Shown piece after piece: positions 1-12,500 of a stretch of 64,000 nt of DNA. Within the stretch, counting starts at the first letter, position 1, and every line of letters begins with the position of its first letter. Under the pieces are notes generated by a model. That model ran no database searches. It saw only the letters and a program-made list of their open reading frames with translations, and was not told the DNA's origin. The stretch covers positions 88,908,001 through 88,972,000 of the forward strand of contig NC_043006.1 in NCBI RefSeq assembly GCF_006345805.1, read 5' to 3'. The position numbers and the translations under genes were made by a program. The stretch is from Octopus sinensis. Its lineage: Eukaryota.

Positions 1-314
1 GTCAAAGGAGAAAGCGAAAGAGAATCTGATGTTTCGGGCATTACCCTTTGTCCACGAAAAGAAAAAGATTTAAGAGACAGGAGAAAAATATATATACTAT
101 ACCGAATATATAACGTGTGTTTATATGGCCACTCTGAACGCCGCTAATACTCGGATAGATCGTATCTACCATTATATACATCTACACATACACACACATA
201 CACGTTTTGTCCATGAGCATGGCACTTCACTTTAAGTTGCTCCCGTCAGTTTTTAATGAGTACTAGCCGAGTTCTGATGCATCTCACTCTTTCTTTCTTC
301 CTTTCTCTCTCTTA

Positions 315-317
<3 letters not shown>

Positions 318-383
<66 letters not shown>
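318..383. repeat. (CT)n microsatellite
   Basis: Perfect CT dinucleotide run. Confidence 0.95.
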
Positions 384-385
<2 letters not shown>

Positions 386-637
386 GCAGTTATATCATTG
401 ATATTCCGTTGGGTCAAAGGAGCGAGACATGAGGGTATCTACGTCAGCTCGAGACTACATGAGCACTTAAACCGGTTAAAGAGTAATACATACTATCAAG
501 CCATACCCGATTGCGAATGATGGCTGTAGTTTCTAAATTTGACATTAAGAAGGAGTAATCCACTATGAATATTATTGTTCCCTCAGTCATCTGGACATCC
601 AGAAATAGTAGAAACAGTACACAATTTCACTTTGTAG

Positions 638-814
638 ATTCTGAATTCAAAACTTTTAGAGATCATATCGGTGGCGGAACCAGCGGTGGTGGTGGTGGTG
701 GTGGTGGCGGCGGAAGTGGCGGCGGTGGCGGAGGCGGTGGCGGAGGCGGTGGCGGAGGCGGTGGCGGCGGTGGAACTGCATCGTTCAACGATGGAGATTC
801 AGTTGTTCGATCAA
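638..814 (+). CDS. Possible glycine-rich internal exon of an unidentified host gene
   Basis: TTTGTAG acceptor at 631-637 and GTGAGC donor at 815. The 177-nt interval is phase-1/phase-1, open, and encodes SEFKTFRDHIGGGTS(G)n-TASFNDGDSVVRS from mixed GGT/GGC/GGA codons. No partner exons found. Confidence 0.3.
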
Positions 815-1195
815 GTGAGCTTCCTGCTCCCAAATTAACGTGTGGCTACTTATTCCACAGACATGTATATCCTTGACTTAATTCTCAGACAAAATATAAC
901 ATGGTATACGACGAGGCTATACGTTTTGAATGGCTAATAGAATGTTACCGACATATTTCTATACAGCTTTCGTATACTCAATTTCAGTTACAAGACATAG
1001 CGATGATTTGATGCTATAGAAAATAACGATATTTACCGGAAATGCAGCACAGAAGGATAGAAATCCGGACTTTGTAGTTGAGAGGTGAACTTCTTAACCA
1101 TTAGGTCACTGCGTCTACAAAGGTTTCTAACTTTCGTACAAAGCCATATATTAGGGTCGAATGAAAATTTAAATGTTTCATCTACATAGGCGCAA

Positions 1196-1335
1196 GTGTG
1201 GCCGTGTGATAACCACAGGGTTCCGGGCTCAGTCCTACGGCGTGGCAATTTGGGTGTCTTCTACTTTACCCTCGAGTCGACCAAAGCCTTCTGATTTCAT
1301 TTGGCAGACGGAAACTGAAAAGAAGCCCGTCGTAC
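1196..1335 (+). mobile_element. tRNA-derived SINE, family 1 (5' part)
   Basis: ACCACAGGGTTCCGGGCTCAGTCC...GTCGACCAAAGCCTT...GACGGAAACTGAAAAGAAGCCCGTCGTA; the same motif recurs at 1830, 48650, 53775 and 62290. Confidence 0.8.
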
Positions 1336-1829
1336 ATATTTTATCCTACATTAGTTGTAAATTTAATAGTGTTCACTTCCGGATTCTCTCACTCTGTGAA
1401 AGTTTCTAGTTTGAATCACAAGTGTCTCGAGATGTGCCGAAGATTTTTTATTTTGGATATATTTGGGATACTTAGATCTGCTCAGGACTTAGTGCTTGCT
1501 TTTTTTCATGGGTATGAGTAAGTATTTCATTTATGTCTTACGTATTTATCGCTGACGAGGGGAAAATTCTTATGAATTAACCCCGAAATTGGGACCAAAA
1601 CGGTAATAACGGATTTTTTAGAAATTTCTATCGGCTTGTTTCGAGACATAAATTAAAATGGTTATTGACAATTTTGTCTTTTTTTCGGCATATTTGGCAT
1701 TAGAATTTTTCTTTTGCCCTTATTTTGTAAGTTATTTATAAATTTAACCTTTAAATGTATTTTTTTGATATGCTGGCCATTGATAAAATTTATTTTTTCG
1801 AAAATAATTTTATCCTACATTAGTTATAT

Positions 1830-1975
1830 ATATATATAAACGACGGACTTCTTTCTGTTTCCCTCTACCAAATCCACTCACAAGGCTTTGGTCGGCCCGA
1901 GAAGACACTTGCCCAAGGTGCCACGCAGTGGGAGTTAACCCAGAACCATGTTGTTGGTAAGCAATGTGCGTTGCA
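1830..1975 (-). mobile_element. SINE family 1 fragment
   Basis: Reverse complement of the 1196-1335 and 48650 motif (CACTTGCCCAAGGTGCCACGCAGTGGG). Confidence 0.8.
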
Positions 1976-3053
1976 TGTTTGGGTGACAATTTATTGAATA
2001 TACGATGAATATCTTCTCCAACATGAATACCACAAACAGCATGGCTGCTTTTGAACATTACTGTTAAACATCATGATTGTAAGAATGAATGATACCAGTT
2101 ATTTTGACTCAGCAAAATGATGTAGGTACGACGATGACTCTGGTAAGGCTTGAACGAACTTACAAAGCCTTTGACAATACAGATACGACATCGAATTTCC
2201 GGAAGCTTTGGTTCTAAAACCATTCCAGATTACTCATTTTTCCGAATCAGAAGTAGTCATCTTGGTCAACACATGAAAATATTGAATTTACTTAACTAAC
2301 TAAATGAAATACAGGTACCTGTACGTTAGTATTATTGATACCAGCTTATTCATACTGTCTGGCAGCTGCGGACATCTGAAGACCCTGCTCGTAATTTAGC
2401 GCAAATTATAAGAGGTTCTAGTTCATCAGTATCCGAAAGTCGATGCTGCATCTGTACCATCATTTACTATTCTCTAACTGCAAAACTTAACGTCATCTGC
2501 TAATTTAATAAATGCCCGCAAATATCGGAAGCAAAACCAGCAAATACCGTAAACACCCGAAATGTCTACAATTCAAATATGGCCTCTGCACATGTAAAAG
2601 TTATACATTAGAATGTTCCACTCTTAAGAGATTAACAATTAAAATGAAATTTGAAATTTTAATACCAAATGTAGCTTTTATATTGATTATAGAAATAAAT
2701 ATCTGACAAATATAACGAAAACATTTCTTCATGCATTAAAATGTATGTGTTGGTGTGTCGGTATATGTGTTTGTGCATGTATATGTGTTTGTGTTTGTGT
2801 GTATATGTGTGTGCATGCATATGTGTGCGCATGTATATGCGTGCGCATGTATATGTGTGTATAAACGTGCTTGTGTGTGTATATTTACAACACCTATTAA
2901 AAGCCTCCAAATTTCTTTTCGGTTCCTTTTATATATTTAGTTTTACCAAATATACCATTTCTGTAATTTTTTCTCTTAATCTCTCCTATTTCTCTCTCTC
3001 CCTCTCTCTCAAACTGTCACTCTTTACTCACCCTCTCTCAATCTTTCCCTCTG

Positions 3054-3095
<42 letters not shown>

Positions 3096-3894
3096 CTCTC
3101 TCACTCACTCACATGCAAATGCCCACCATTTCTTTTATTCTCATTCACTCTGTTACTATCTTAATCTGTTTCTTTCTTTCTCACTTATCCACTTTTCCGC
3201 TTTTTCACTTTCTTTTTTTTCCTTCTCCCACCCAATCTCTCTCTCTCTTTCTTTCTTTCTCTCCCGTGCTTTTTTCTTTTCCACCTTATTTCTCTTACTG
3301 CTTCACTTTTACGTCACTATTTCTCTTACTGCCTCGCTTTTATTCCCTCACTCTCCAAATCCCTCTCTCCCCATTCACTCTCTACTTCCCACCGTCTCCC
3401 TCCTCTCTCTCTCTCTCTATTTCTCTCTTCTCTTACTTCAAAAACAGCAAACCTTGCTATTAAAACTTTATTGATTTCGTCTCTGAATCGCATTAAGTTA
3501 GAACAACGTCTACTTACACACACAACACGCATACACATACATACATACATCCTCACACAAGCATACACATACATACCTACACACGTGCACTTACTCATAT
3601 ACGCATACACACATACATGAATACATACGTATATGCACGCATACAGGTTTGCATACATACATACATAAATACATACATATATATATATATATATATATTC
3701 ACATACATACGTGACTCCTGCTAATATCTAAATACCAATGAAAGTCTTATTTCTAGGCTAGAAACCGGCTCTTTTTCCATTGGTGAGATATTTGAAATGT
3801 GGAAACATATTCTGTGCCTGCAGTCATATACAGGAGCTCGTCTGCACATACACATGCACAACTCACACACACACACACACACACACTTACACAA

Positions 3895-3943
<49 letters not shown>

Positions 3944-4050
3944 ATATACTAACAATATAGGATGAAGTCCCTTTCTCTACAAAAAAGAATTCCATCAAAA
4001 AGCGTGGCAGTATATTAAAAAAAACCCATTACGGTTGAAGTATAAACATC

Positions 4051-4589
4051 TTATAATTAAGGGCTAAAGAAGGTTATTCTATACCCAATACACTGATTTA
4101 TCCACTTATAATTGTAACTATATTGTTAGTAGTAAACTCACTGCTTGTTACAAGGGGACCGGTAACCATTACAATATGTAGCGGCGATAGGTCAACACGT
4201 TGTTCTGAGACTGACCAAGGAATTTTTATTTTTAGATATAAATGATGTATTTAAATGTAGTTGTGTTTTTAGCTTCTGCTTTTTCCATGATCACATGTGA
4301 GTATTTTATTTATGTTCCCTCGAAAGCTCTACCGAAGAAGAATATATCCTTTATGGGATATATGAAAGCGGGCAACTAACCTTTAGAAAATTTAAATTTC
4401 GTTATCTCTATATTGAATCAATTTCGGAATATATATATATATATTCCGAAATTGATTCAATATAGAGATAACGAAATTTAAATTTTCTAAAGGTTAGTTG
4501 CCCGCTTTCAGTTCAATTTTCCTGTAACAAGTGGATTATAAGTGGATAAATCAGTGTATTGGCTATAGAATAACCTTCTTTAGCCCTTA

Positions 4590-4596
<7 letters not shown>
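4051..4596. repeat. Foldback/MITE-like element: 62-bp terminal inverted repeats enclosing a perfect 148-bp palindrome
   Basis: 4051-4112 and 4535-4596 are reverse complements with one mismatch; 4363-4510 is a perfect palindrome centred on an (AT)n run. Confidence 0.85.
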
Positions 4597-4668
<72 letters not shown>

Positions 4669-5289
4669 AAATAGATGTAGTACACAGTCATTAAACAACA
4701 ACACAACACACACAGAAATCACGCATCTCTGTACCTATTCACCTACCTACCTATCTATCTACCTACATGCATACAAATTCATATGAACATACATACATTA
4801 ATACATACGTGCATGTATGCATACGGATTTGCGATAGTGAAAAGAAAGTATGTACAGTTGTTGGGATGACTACAAGTTAGAATTAAACCCGTCGTTTTTT
4901 AAGTGCTTGGATAAACCGCCTGAGCATCAATCTTGAGGAATTAGGGTTTTCAAAACCAGAAAGGAGAAAGCTAATTAGAAGACTTCAGATACAAGTCATC
5001 AATGGAAGTTTAGCATATAAATCCGTCTGTATATGTCTAGACATTCGACCGTATGTATAAGTACACATACATAAAACAAAACATACAGATTTGTACGTGT
5101 ACTGACGCCTAACACTTCTGCATATACTCACATACATGCAGAACTGCCCTGCTGCCGTTGAAATTCTAACGCAGCCTTACATCTAGTTTAGAAACGGCTC
5201 TTTCTCTAGAAAAAAGTTAGAAATAAAACTAAACAAAAACTCATATACATACATATAAGAAAATCCCTACAAACGAAGTTTGCGAACGA

Positions 5290-5720
5290 TGAGGTCAAAA
5301 GAATATTGGTAGAACTTAAATATTAAAACAGCCACCAAGTTAAACCACAACCGTCCAGATATCGTTGTGTGGGACCACAAAGAAAAATATGTTCTGTTGT
5401 GGAAATCAGCTGCAAACTAGACACGAATGGGGTTAGAAAAATACAAGAGAAAGAGAACATCTATGGACCATTGATTAGGAGTTAACAAATCCAATGCGCA
5501 AGATACTCTTTCAGCTTCCTGCTTATTATTATTGGATCAGCAGGATACTTACCAACCCATCTGAAAAAAAGTATGGCTGAACTAGGGATCTTGAGGAGAG
5601 AATGCAAATCCTTAATTCATATGTTACAATTGATCACGATATCTGGGACTATAAAAATCTGTAAGATCTTTGGAATTTAAGGATGACGGTTAAAAGAAGA
5701 TACTTTCCTTAACAGCTTTG
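5290..5720 (+). mobile_element. Decayed 3' fragment of an RLE-type (R2/R4-group) non-LTR retrotransposon
   Basis: Manual translation gives NIKTATKLNHNRPDIVVWDH...VVEISC, the PD-(D/E)xK-type endonuclease signature; frameshifted. Confidence 0.6.
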
Positions 5721-5793
5721 CTACCTAGTAGGTGGTCGGTCAAAATTTACTCTAAAATTAAAAAGAGAAAGAGAACATACATACATAAGAAAG

Positions 5794-5845
<52 letters not shown>

Positions 5846-6149
5846 CTTTCTTATCTATATATATATCAAGAGACTCGACTAGAGCAGTTGCATTCATGAC
5901 AAAGGATACTTCATTGTATATTCGATGAATACGTCTCCAACTACCAGTCACGTTAATTAGCTGGTTATTCTTCTGATTATATTAGCTGACGTAATCATTT
6001 AGTAAAAACCGTGGTGATATTTGTTTCACATGCATGGATCTTCCAGAAAAAAAATGACTGAAAATGATGTCAACATTAACAGGTAATCGGAGGAAAACAT
6101 CATCGATAAAAGCAAATGAAAAAATATATATTGAAGTAGCTAAAGAAGA

Positions 6150-6420
6150 ATTGAAAAATCAAAACTATAACATATAAATCTGCTGCCCAGAAGATGTGAA
6201 CATAGTGTTAAAGGAAAGTAAAACAAAAAATGAAAGTATCTATGCAAAGCTGATGAGAAATTTGTCGCTAATTAATCCAGAGTGTAACTTCAGATTTGTG
6301 CCGACAATTATGGGAGTGCTTTACTACGAGACTAACCTCCTCATCTTCTAATTATGAGAAGCTAGAATTCACATAACCAAAAAGGACATTTCTAATCAGA
6401 AGATTATGCTTGATTCATAA
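6150..6420 (+). mobile_element. Second RLE-type LINE endonuclease fragment
   Basis: CPEDVNIVLKE...IYAKLMRNLSLINPECNFRFVPTIMG resembles the RLE segment downstream of the PD motif. Confidence 0.45.
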
Positions 6421-8742
6421 AGTTTAGTTTCTAATAGACACGCGAACATATGAATGTGTAAACATACGTAAGTATGCTGATAAATTTAGAAATAAACCAA
6501 ACGCTTATACATACATTCATACTTATATTCATTCATACATACATACATACATACATACATACATACATACATACATACATACATACATACAAAAATACAG
6601 GCTCGTCGCCATATTTTGGTGCCTGGAAGTGCTTCAAAATATTCTGGGTGGCATTAATTTGTAATAATGCTAAGATGTATCACTGTAAATCTGATGGTGA
6701 ACCATTGAATAGGATGGGACAGTGCCGTCCAGTGCAGCTCCTTAGCTGCGGTCAACATACATTCATACATACACGCATACATACATTAATATGTACATAT
6801 ATAGCTAGCTAGTTACCTATTAATCTACCTTGTCTACCTCCCTTTCTATAAACATAACCACCTACTTGTCTACTATTTACATGCATACATTAAGCACTTC
6901 CCAACATACTCACCTCTCTACCTTACCTTTCCCACCAACCCATTTACATTCTACATACCCGCCTAACAGCTCACCATACTACCCTACCTATCTATCTACT
7001 CTATCTTACCTACCTGCCAAAGTTTTCAACTTACACTCTATACTTACCTCACCCTACCACATACTTATCTACCTACCTACCCACCTACCTACATACCTGC
7101 CTACACACCTACCTAGACAGTCGAAAATCACAATCAACTAAATAACTAAAAGTTACTTTAATGAAGTTTTAGAAAACGTGTTTTCTCCAAAACAATAAAG
7201 AGTTTTCGGAGAAATGAGAAAGTTCTCTAAATCAATTGTTTTGTTATCAATGTATCTTAAGAATGTTGTTGCTCTTTGAAATATAGAAGCAGTGCTGCTA
7301 ATTTCGGTCTACTTTCGATAATGGGTGTTTTGTGTCAGTTAGACTAGATTCTTACACAGTCTGTGATGTTGAATCATTTTGGTAAGTTCTATGACTTATA
7401 TTGTGTCTGAGAATTTTCTTGTATTTTCTTCTATGCATGGTGGAGTAAGGAGCAGAAAGGAAATCGTGTGTCTTGCTACTTTGTGATAATGTCTGTGAAC
7501 ATGGATGTATATGTATGTCTGTGTTTGTTTTTATTCACTTTCTGTATGTGTGTATCAATCGTTTTGTGCGTGTACATGTGTATATGTGTCTGTATTTATA
7601 TGATTTTTTATGAGTATATATTATGTACTCTGTGTGAGTTAGTGTCTTTGTTTGGTATGTATGAATGTATATTATTTATACGAGTTACTTTACATGTATG
7701 TGTGACTGTGATGTATGTATGTATGTATGTACGTATGTACGTATGTATGTATATATGTATGTATGTATGTATGTATGTTTGTATGTATGTATGTTTGTAT
7801 GTATGTATGTATGTATGCGAGCAGATAAATGTGAGCAAGAAAAAGTAAAAACTGTACTCAATCTTAAAAGTAGAGTTGTATTTTATTTGATGTTGATCTT
7901 CGGACGATATTAAAAAGGAATGGACCATTTGGAAAATATTTAAAGGTAAATGTAGAATATATTTAAAAATCAACGCGAATATTTATTGGGCGAAATCTAT
8001 CCGCAAAACTTGAAACAAAAGTATCGTTTTGATTGATGAATATGATTGTTACGAAAAATGACGCAAATATTGTACTTACTGTCAATGAGTTGACCAACAC
8101 GGGTGGGTAACTATAATGAAAAAGTTTATAGGTTTTTCTCACTTAAAGAAATTGTAAACAGTCAAAATATAGTCTAGAGAAGTTGTGGTTGATAAAAAAA
8201 AAGATAGTCGATGAAATTAGCTGTTAAGATCCAATATTTCAATAATTCGAGTTGAAAGCATAAGGTTCTTGGTATGAAATGAGCAATATCTCACTTAACC
8301 ACATCACACACACATATAGACTACTGGTGGGAATCATATTTGTATGGGCTGACATGGACGACCTTTCTTCCAGATGTCTTAAAAGAATTCTTATGCAGTC
8401 TTTTCCGTCAATCTAGATTATATACTCTACAAGGAATTATAGTAAATTTGGCCTCTCGTACTGTAAGTTATCCCTTTAGCGAGACAATTTCTATGAAAAG
8501 AACAGTTGCTGTGACAAATGCAATTACATGTCAGAAGTGCAGTAAAATTCTTAGAGTTGAAGAGCCTTTTTTAAAATTAAAGTATTTAAAAAAGAAAACA
8601 CTGCTTCTGAATAATAATTACCTTTATGTGTCCCTCTGTTAAAGCTCTTGTGATATCTACATCCCATAGAAAAGTGGGAAAATATTAATTTATGGTATCT
8701 AATCCTTTTAGGATAGTAAAAAGACACTCAATTACTCAAATA

Positions 8743-8840
8743 CAGTAACACCCACCCTTAGTGGTTAGCCATGTTGAGATGGCTAGTATACTTTACGTTG
8801 TCGAGCAGTTACTGTTTACATCTCGTTCAGAGATTTATTA
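8743..8840 (+). mobile_element. 5'-truncated copy of hammerhead-repeat family A
   Basis: Matches ~19767-19862 (CAGTAACACCCACCC...GAGATGGCTAGT...CATCTCGTTCAGAGATTTATTA); flanked by CACTCAATTA at 8725-8734 and 8844-8853. Confidence 0.8.
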
Positions 8841-9482
8841 TTGCACTCAATTAAGAATTTTCTAGTTATGTTAATCTTGACATTTTCCGTCGTATGTTCA
8901 ATTAAACCAGAAAATCTTTGGTCTATTTCTATACCTTGAAATAATAAGGTCGACTATAAGCTGGATTTTATCTGAGAAATTTCTTTGCAAAACGCAGTAT
9001 TAAACGTAGCCCCATTCGTGCATGATGGCTTACTAATATTAGAAAGCAAATTCTGAAGAACATTGGGTAAGTGATTAGAATTCTTAAGAACTCAAAATAA
9101 TCTCATTTGCTTTTCAGCAAATGTTGAATCTGTTTGACTCTAAATTAAAACTAAAATAACTAAAATTAACAATACAAGGATTGGAATCCACCGGGGATTC
9201 CAAACGTATGGCACTGAATATCATTATAAGAGCTTTCTTAAATCACTCTGAGTCATGGTCATTTCTGTCGTCCCTTTAAAGCCTGCTTCTCACACTAGGA
9301 AATTCATTGTGTAGAATTTAACTCCACCAAATTAAAAAGACGTGTGTGCATTTTATATGTGCCAGCGTATATGTGTATGATTTGTTGTTGTTATTTTGAT
9401 TATATGCATAAACGCGGGTCTCTGCGGGTGTAATTCGTGAGCTTCTATATGCATGTAACAATGGAATGATATGTGCAATATA

Positions 9483-9520
<38 letters not shown>

Positions 9521-9522
<2 letters not shown>

Positions 9523-12500
9523 TATATAAGGGCTTAGTAAAATAAATTACTTTGCCACATACTGAACTCATTAGAAATAGCAGCTAAAGAAATTTCTTCA
9601 GCTATTTCTAATACTTAAAGAAGATCTCTCTCAGATAGTGTTTGCCTAAACTAACTCACAAAAGTATGGGGGAAAAAACATTAAAAAATCAAGTGCAAAG
9701 GTTATTTGAGAACGTACGTTTCTAGATTAGTCAATTCGACATTTCTTTCTTCAGCTCAGAATTCCTTGAATCGGATTTGGGAACACTGAAAGTCGGGAGC
9801 ATACCCTTTCGGCTTCTAATCACCTCTAGAATTCTGCTCGAACTAAAAGTGCTATCAAATTCGAATATGCAAGCGAAGAATTTCTGCTCTCCCCTTTCCA
9901 CCAGCGTGGGTTAAAATTGACAAACACCATGTATTAACGCAGAATTTAGCAGAGAGAGATGAATTATAATTTCAACAATTGAGGGTAAAATTAATTAATT
10001 ATTAATCAATTTCACCAAGTATTCAGTATGTAAAGGGACCATTATAGGCGAATTCAAAATATTACATTATATATAAGGGCTTAGTAAAATAAATTACTTT
10101 GCCACATACTGAACTCATTAGAAATAGCAGCTAAAGAAATTTCTTCAGCTATTTCTAATACTTAAAGAAGATCTCTCTCAGATAGTGTTTGCCTAAACTA
10201 ACTCACAAAAGTATGGGGGAAAAAACATTAAAAAATCAAGTGCAAAGGTTATTTGAGAACGTACGTTTCTAGATTAGTCAATTCGACATTTCTTTCTTCA
10301 GCTCAGAATTCCTTGAATCGGATTTGGGAACACTGAAAGTCGGGAGCATACCCTTTCGGCTTCTAATCACCTCTAGAATTCTGCTCGAACTAAAAGTGCT
10401 ATCAAATTCGAATATGCAAGCGAAGAATTTCTGCTCCCCTTTCCACCAGCGTGGGTTAAAATTGACAAACACCATGTATTAACGCAGAATTTAGCAGAGA
10501 GAGATGAATTATAATTTCAACAATTGAGGGTAAAATTAATTAATTATTAATCAATTTCACCAAGTATTCAGTATGTAAAGGGACCATTATAGGCGAATTC
10601 AAAATATTACATTATATATAAGGGCTTAGTAAAATAAATTACTTTGCCACATACTGAACTCATTAGAAATAGCAGCTAAAGAAATTTCTTCAGCTATTTC
10701 TAATACTTAAAGAAGATCTCTCTCAGATAGTGTTTGCCTAAACTAACTCACAAAAGTATGGGGGAAAAAACATTAAAAAATCAAGTGCAAAGGTTATTTG
10801 AGAACGTACGTTTCTAGATTAGTCAATTCGACATTTCTTTCTTCAGCTCAGAATTCCTTGAATCGGATTTGGGAACACTGAAAGTCGGGAGCATACCCTT
10901 TCGGCTTCTAATCACCTCAAGAATTCTGCTCGAACTAAAAGTGCTATCAAATTCGAATATGCATATTCGAATATGCATATGCCGAATTGACTATCTAGAA
11001 CGTACGTTCTCAATAACTTTGCACTTGATTTTTTAATGTTTTTTCCCCCATACTTTTGTGAGTTAGTTTAGGCAAACATATCTGAGAGAGATCTTCTTTA
11101 AGTATTAGAAATAGCTGAAGAAATTTCTTTAGCTGCTATTTCTAATGAGTTCAGTATGTGGCAAAGTAATTTATTTTACTAAGCCCTTTATATATGTAAA
11201 TTTGAATTCGCCTATAATGGTCCTTACATACTGAATACTTGGTGAAATTGATTATAATTAATTAATTTTACCCTCAATTGTTGAAATTATAATTCATCTC
11301 TCTCTGCTAAATTCTGCGTTAATACATGGTGTTTGTCAATTTTAACCCACGCTGGTGGTGGAAAGGGGAGAGCAGAAATTCTTCGCTTGCATATTCGAAT
11401 TTGATAGCACTTTTAGTTCGAGCAGAATTCTAGAGGTGATTAGAAGCCGAAAGGGTATGCTCCGATTCAGTGTTCCCAAATCCGATTCAAGGAATTCTGA
11501 GCTGAAGAAAGAAATGTCGAATTGACTAATCTAGAAACGTACGTTCTCAAATAACCTTTGCACTTGATTTTTAATGTTTCCCCCATACTTTTGTGAGTTA
11601 GTTTAGGCAAACACTATCTGAGAGAGATCTTCTTTAAGTATTAGAAATAGCTGAAGAAATTTCTTTAGCTGCTATTTCTAATGAGTTCAGTATGTGGCAA
11701 AGTAATTTATTTTACTAAGCCCTTATATATAATGTAATATTTTGAATTCGCCTATAATGGTCCCTTTACATACTGAATACTTGGTGAAATTGATTAATAA
11801 TTAATTAATTTTACCCTCAATTGTTGAAATTATAATTCATCTCTCTCTGCTAAATTCTGCGTTAATACATGGTGTTTGTCAATTTTAACCCACGCTGGTG
11901 GAAAGGGGAGAGCAGAAATTCTTCGCTTGCATATTCGAATTTGATAGCACTTTTAGTTCGAGCAGAATTCTAGAGGTGATTAGAAGCCGAAAGGGTATGC
12001 TCCCGACTTTCAGTGTTCCCAAATCCGATTCAAGGAATTCTGAGCTGAAGAAAGAAATGCCGAATTGACTAATCTAGAAACGTACGTTCTCAAATAACCT
12101 TTGCACTTGATTTTTTAATGTTTTTTCCCCCATACTTTTGTGAGTTAGTTTAGGCAAACACTATCTGAGAGAGATTCTTTAAGTATTAGAAATAGCTGAA
12201 GAAATTTCTTTAGCTGCTATTTCTAATGAGTTCAGTATGTGGCAAAGTAATTTATTTTACTAAGCTCTTATATATAATGTAATATTTTGAATTCGCCTAT
12301 AATGGTCCCTTTACATACTGAATACTTGGTGAAATTGATTAATAATTAATTAATTTTACCCTCAATTGTTGAAATTATAATTCATCTCTCTCTGCTAAAT
12401 TCTGCGTTAATACATGGTGTTTGTCAATTTTAACCCACGCTGGTGGAAAGGGGAGAGCAGAAATTCTTCGCTTGCATATTCGAATTTGATAGCACTTTTA

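Noticed and set aside
15-60. Minus-strand minimal-hammerhead-like string TGGACAAAGGGTAATGCCCGAAACATC
   Set aside because: The core and cleavage triplet are both mutated and stem I cannot be closed properly; at most a relic, and cut by the window edge.
2100-2520. Possible host exons here and at 6598-6760 and 8340-8642
   Set aside because: No recognisable protein motif and no consistent pair of splice sites.
2741-3658. 240-aa and overlapping ORFs
   Set aside because: Derived from (TG)n and CT-rich low-complexity sequence.
4330-4380. CCGAAGA...hairpin...GAAAGC resembling a hammerhead
   Set aside because: There is no U16.1-H17 site, no stem I partner, and extra bases precede stem II.
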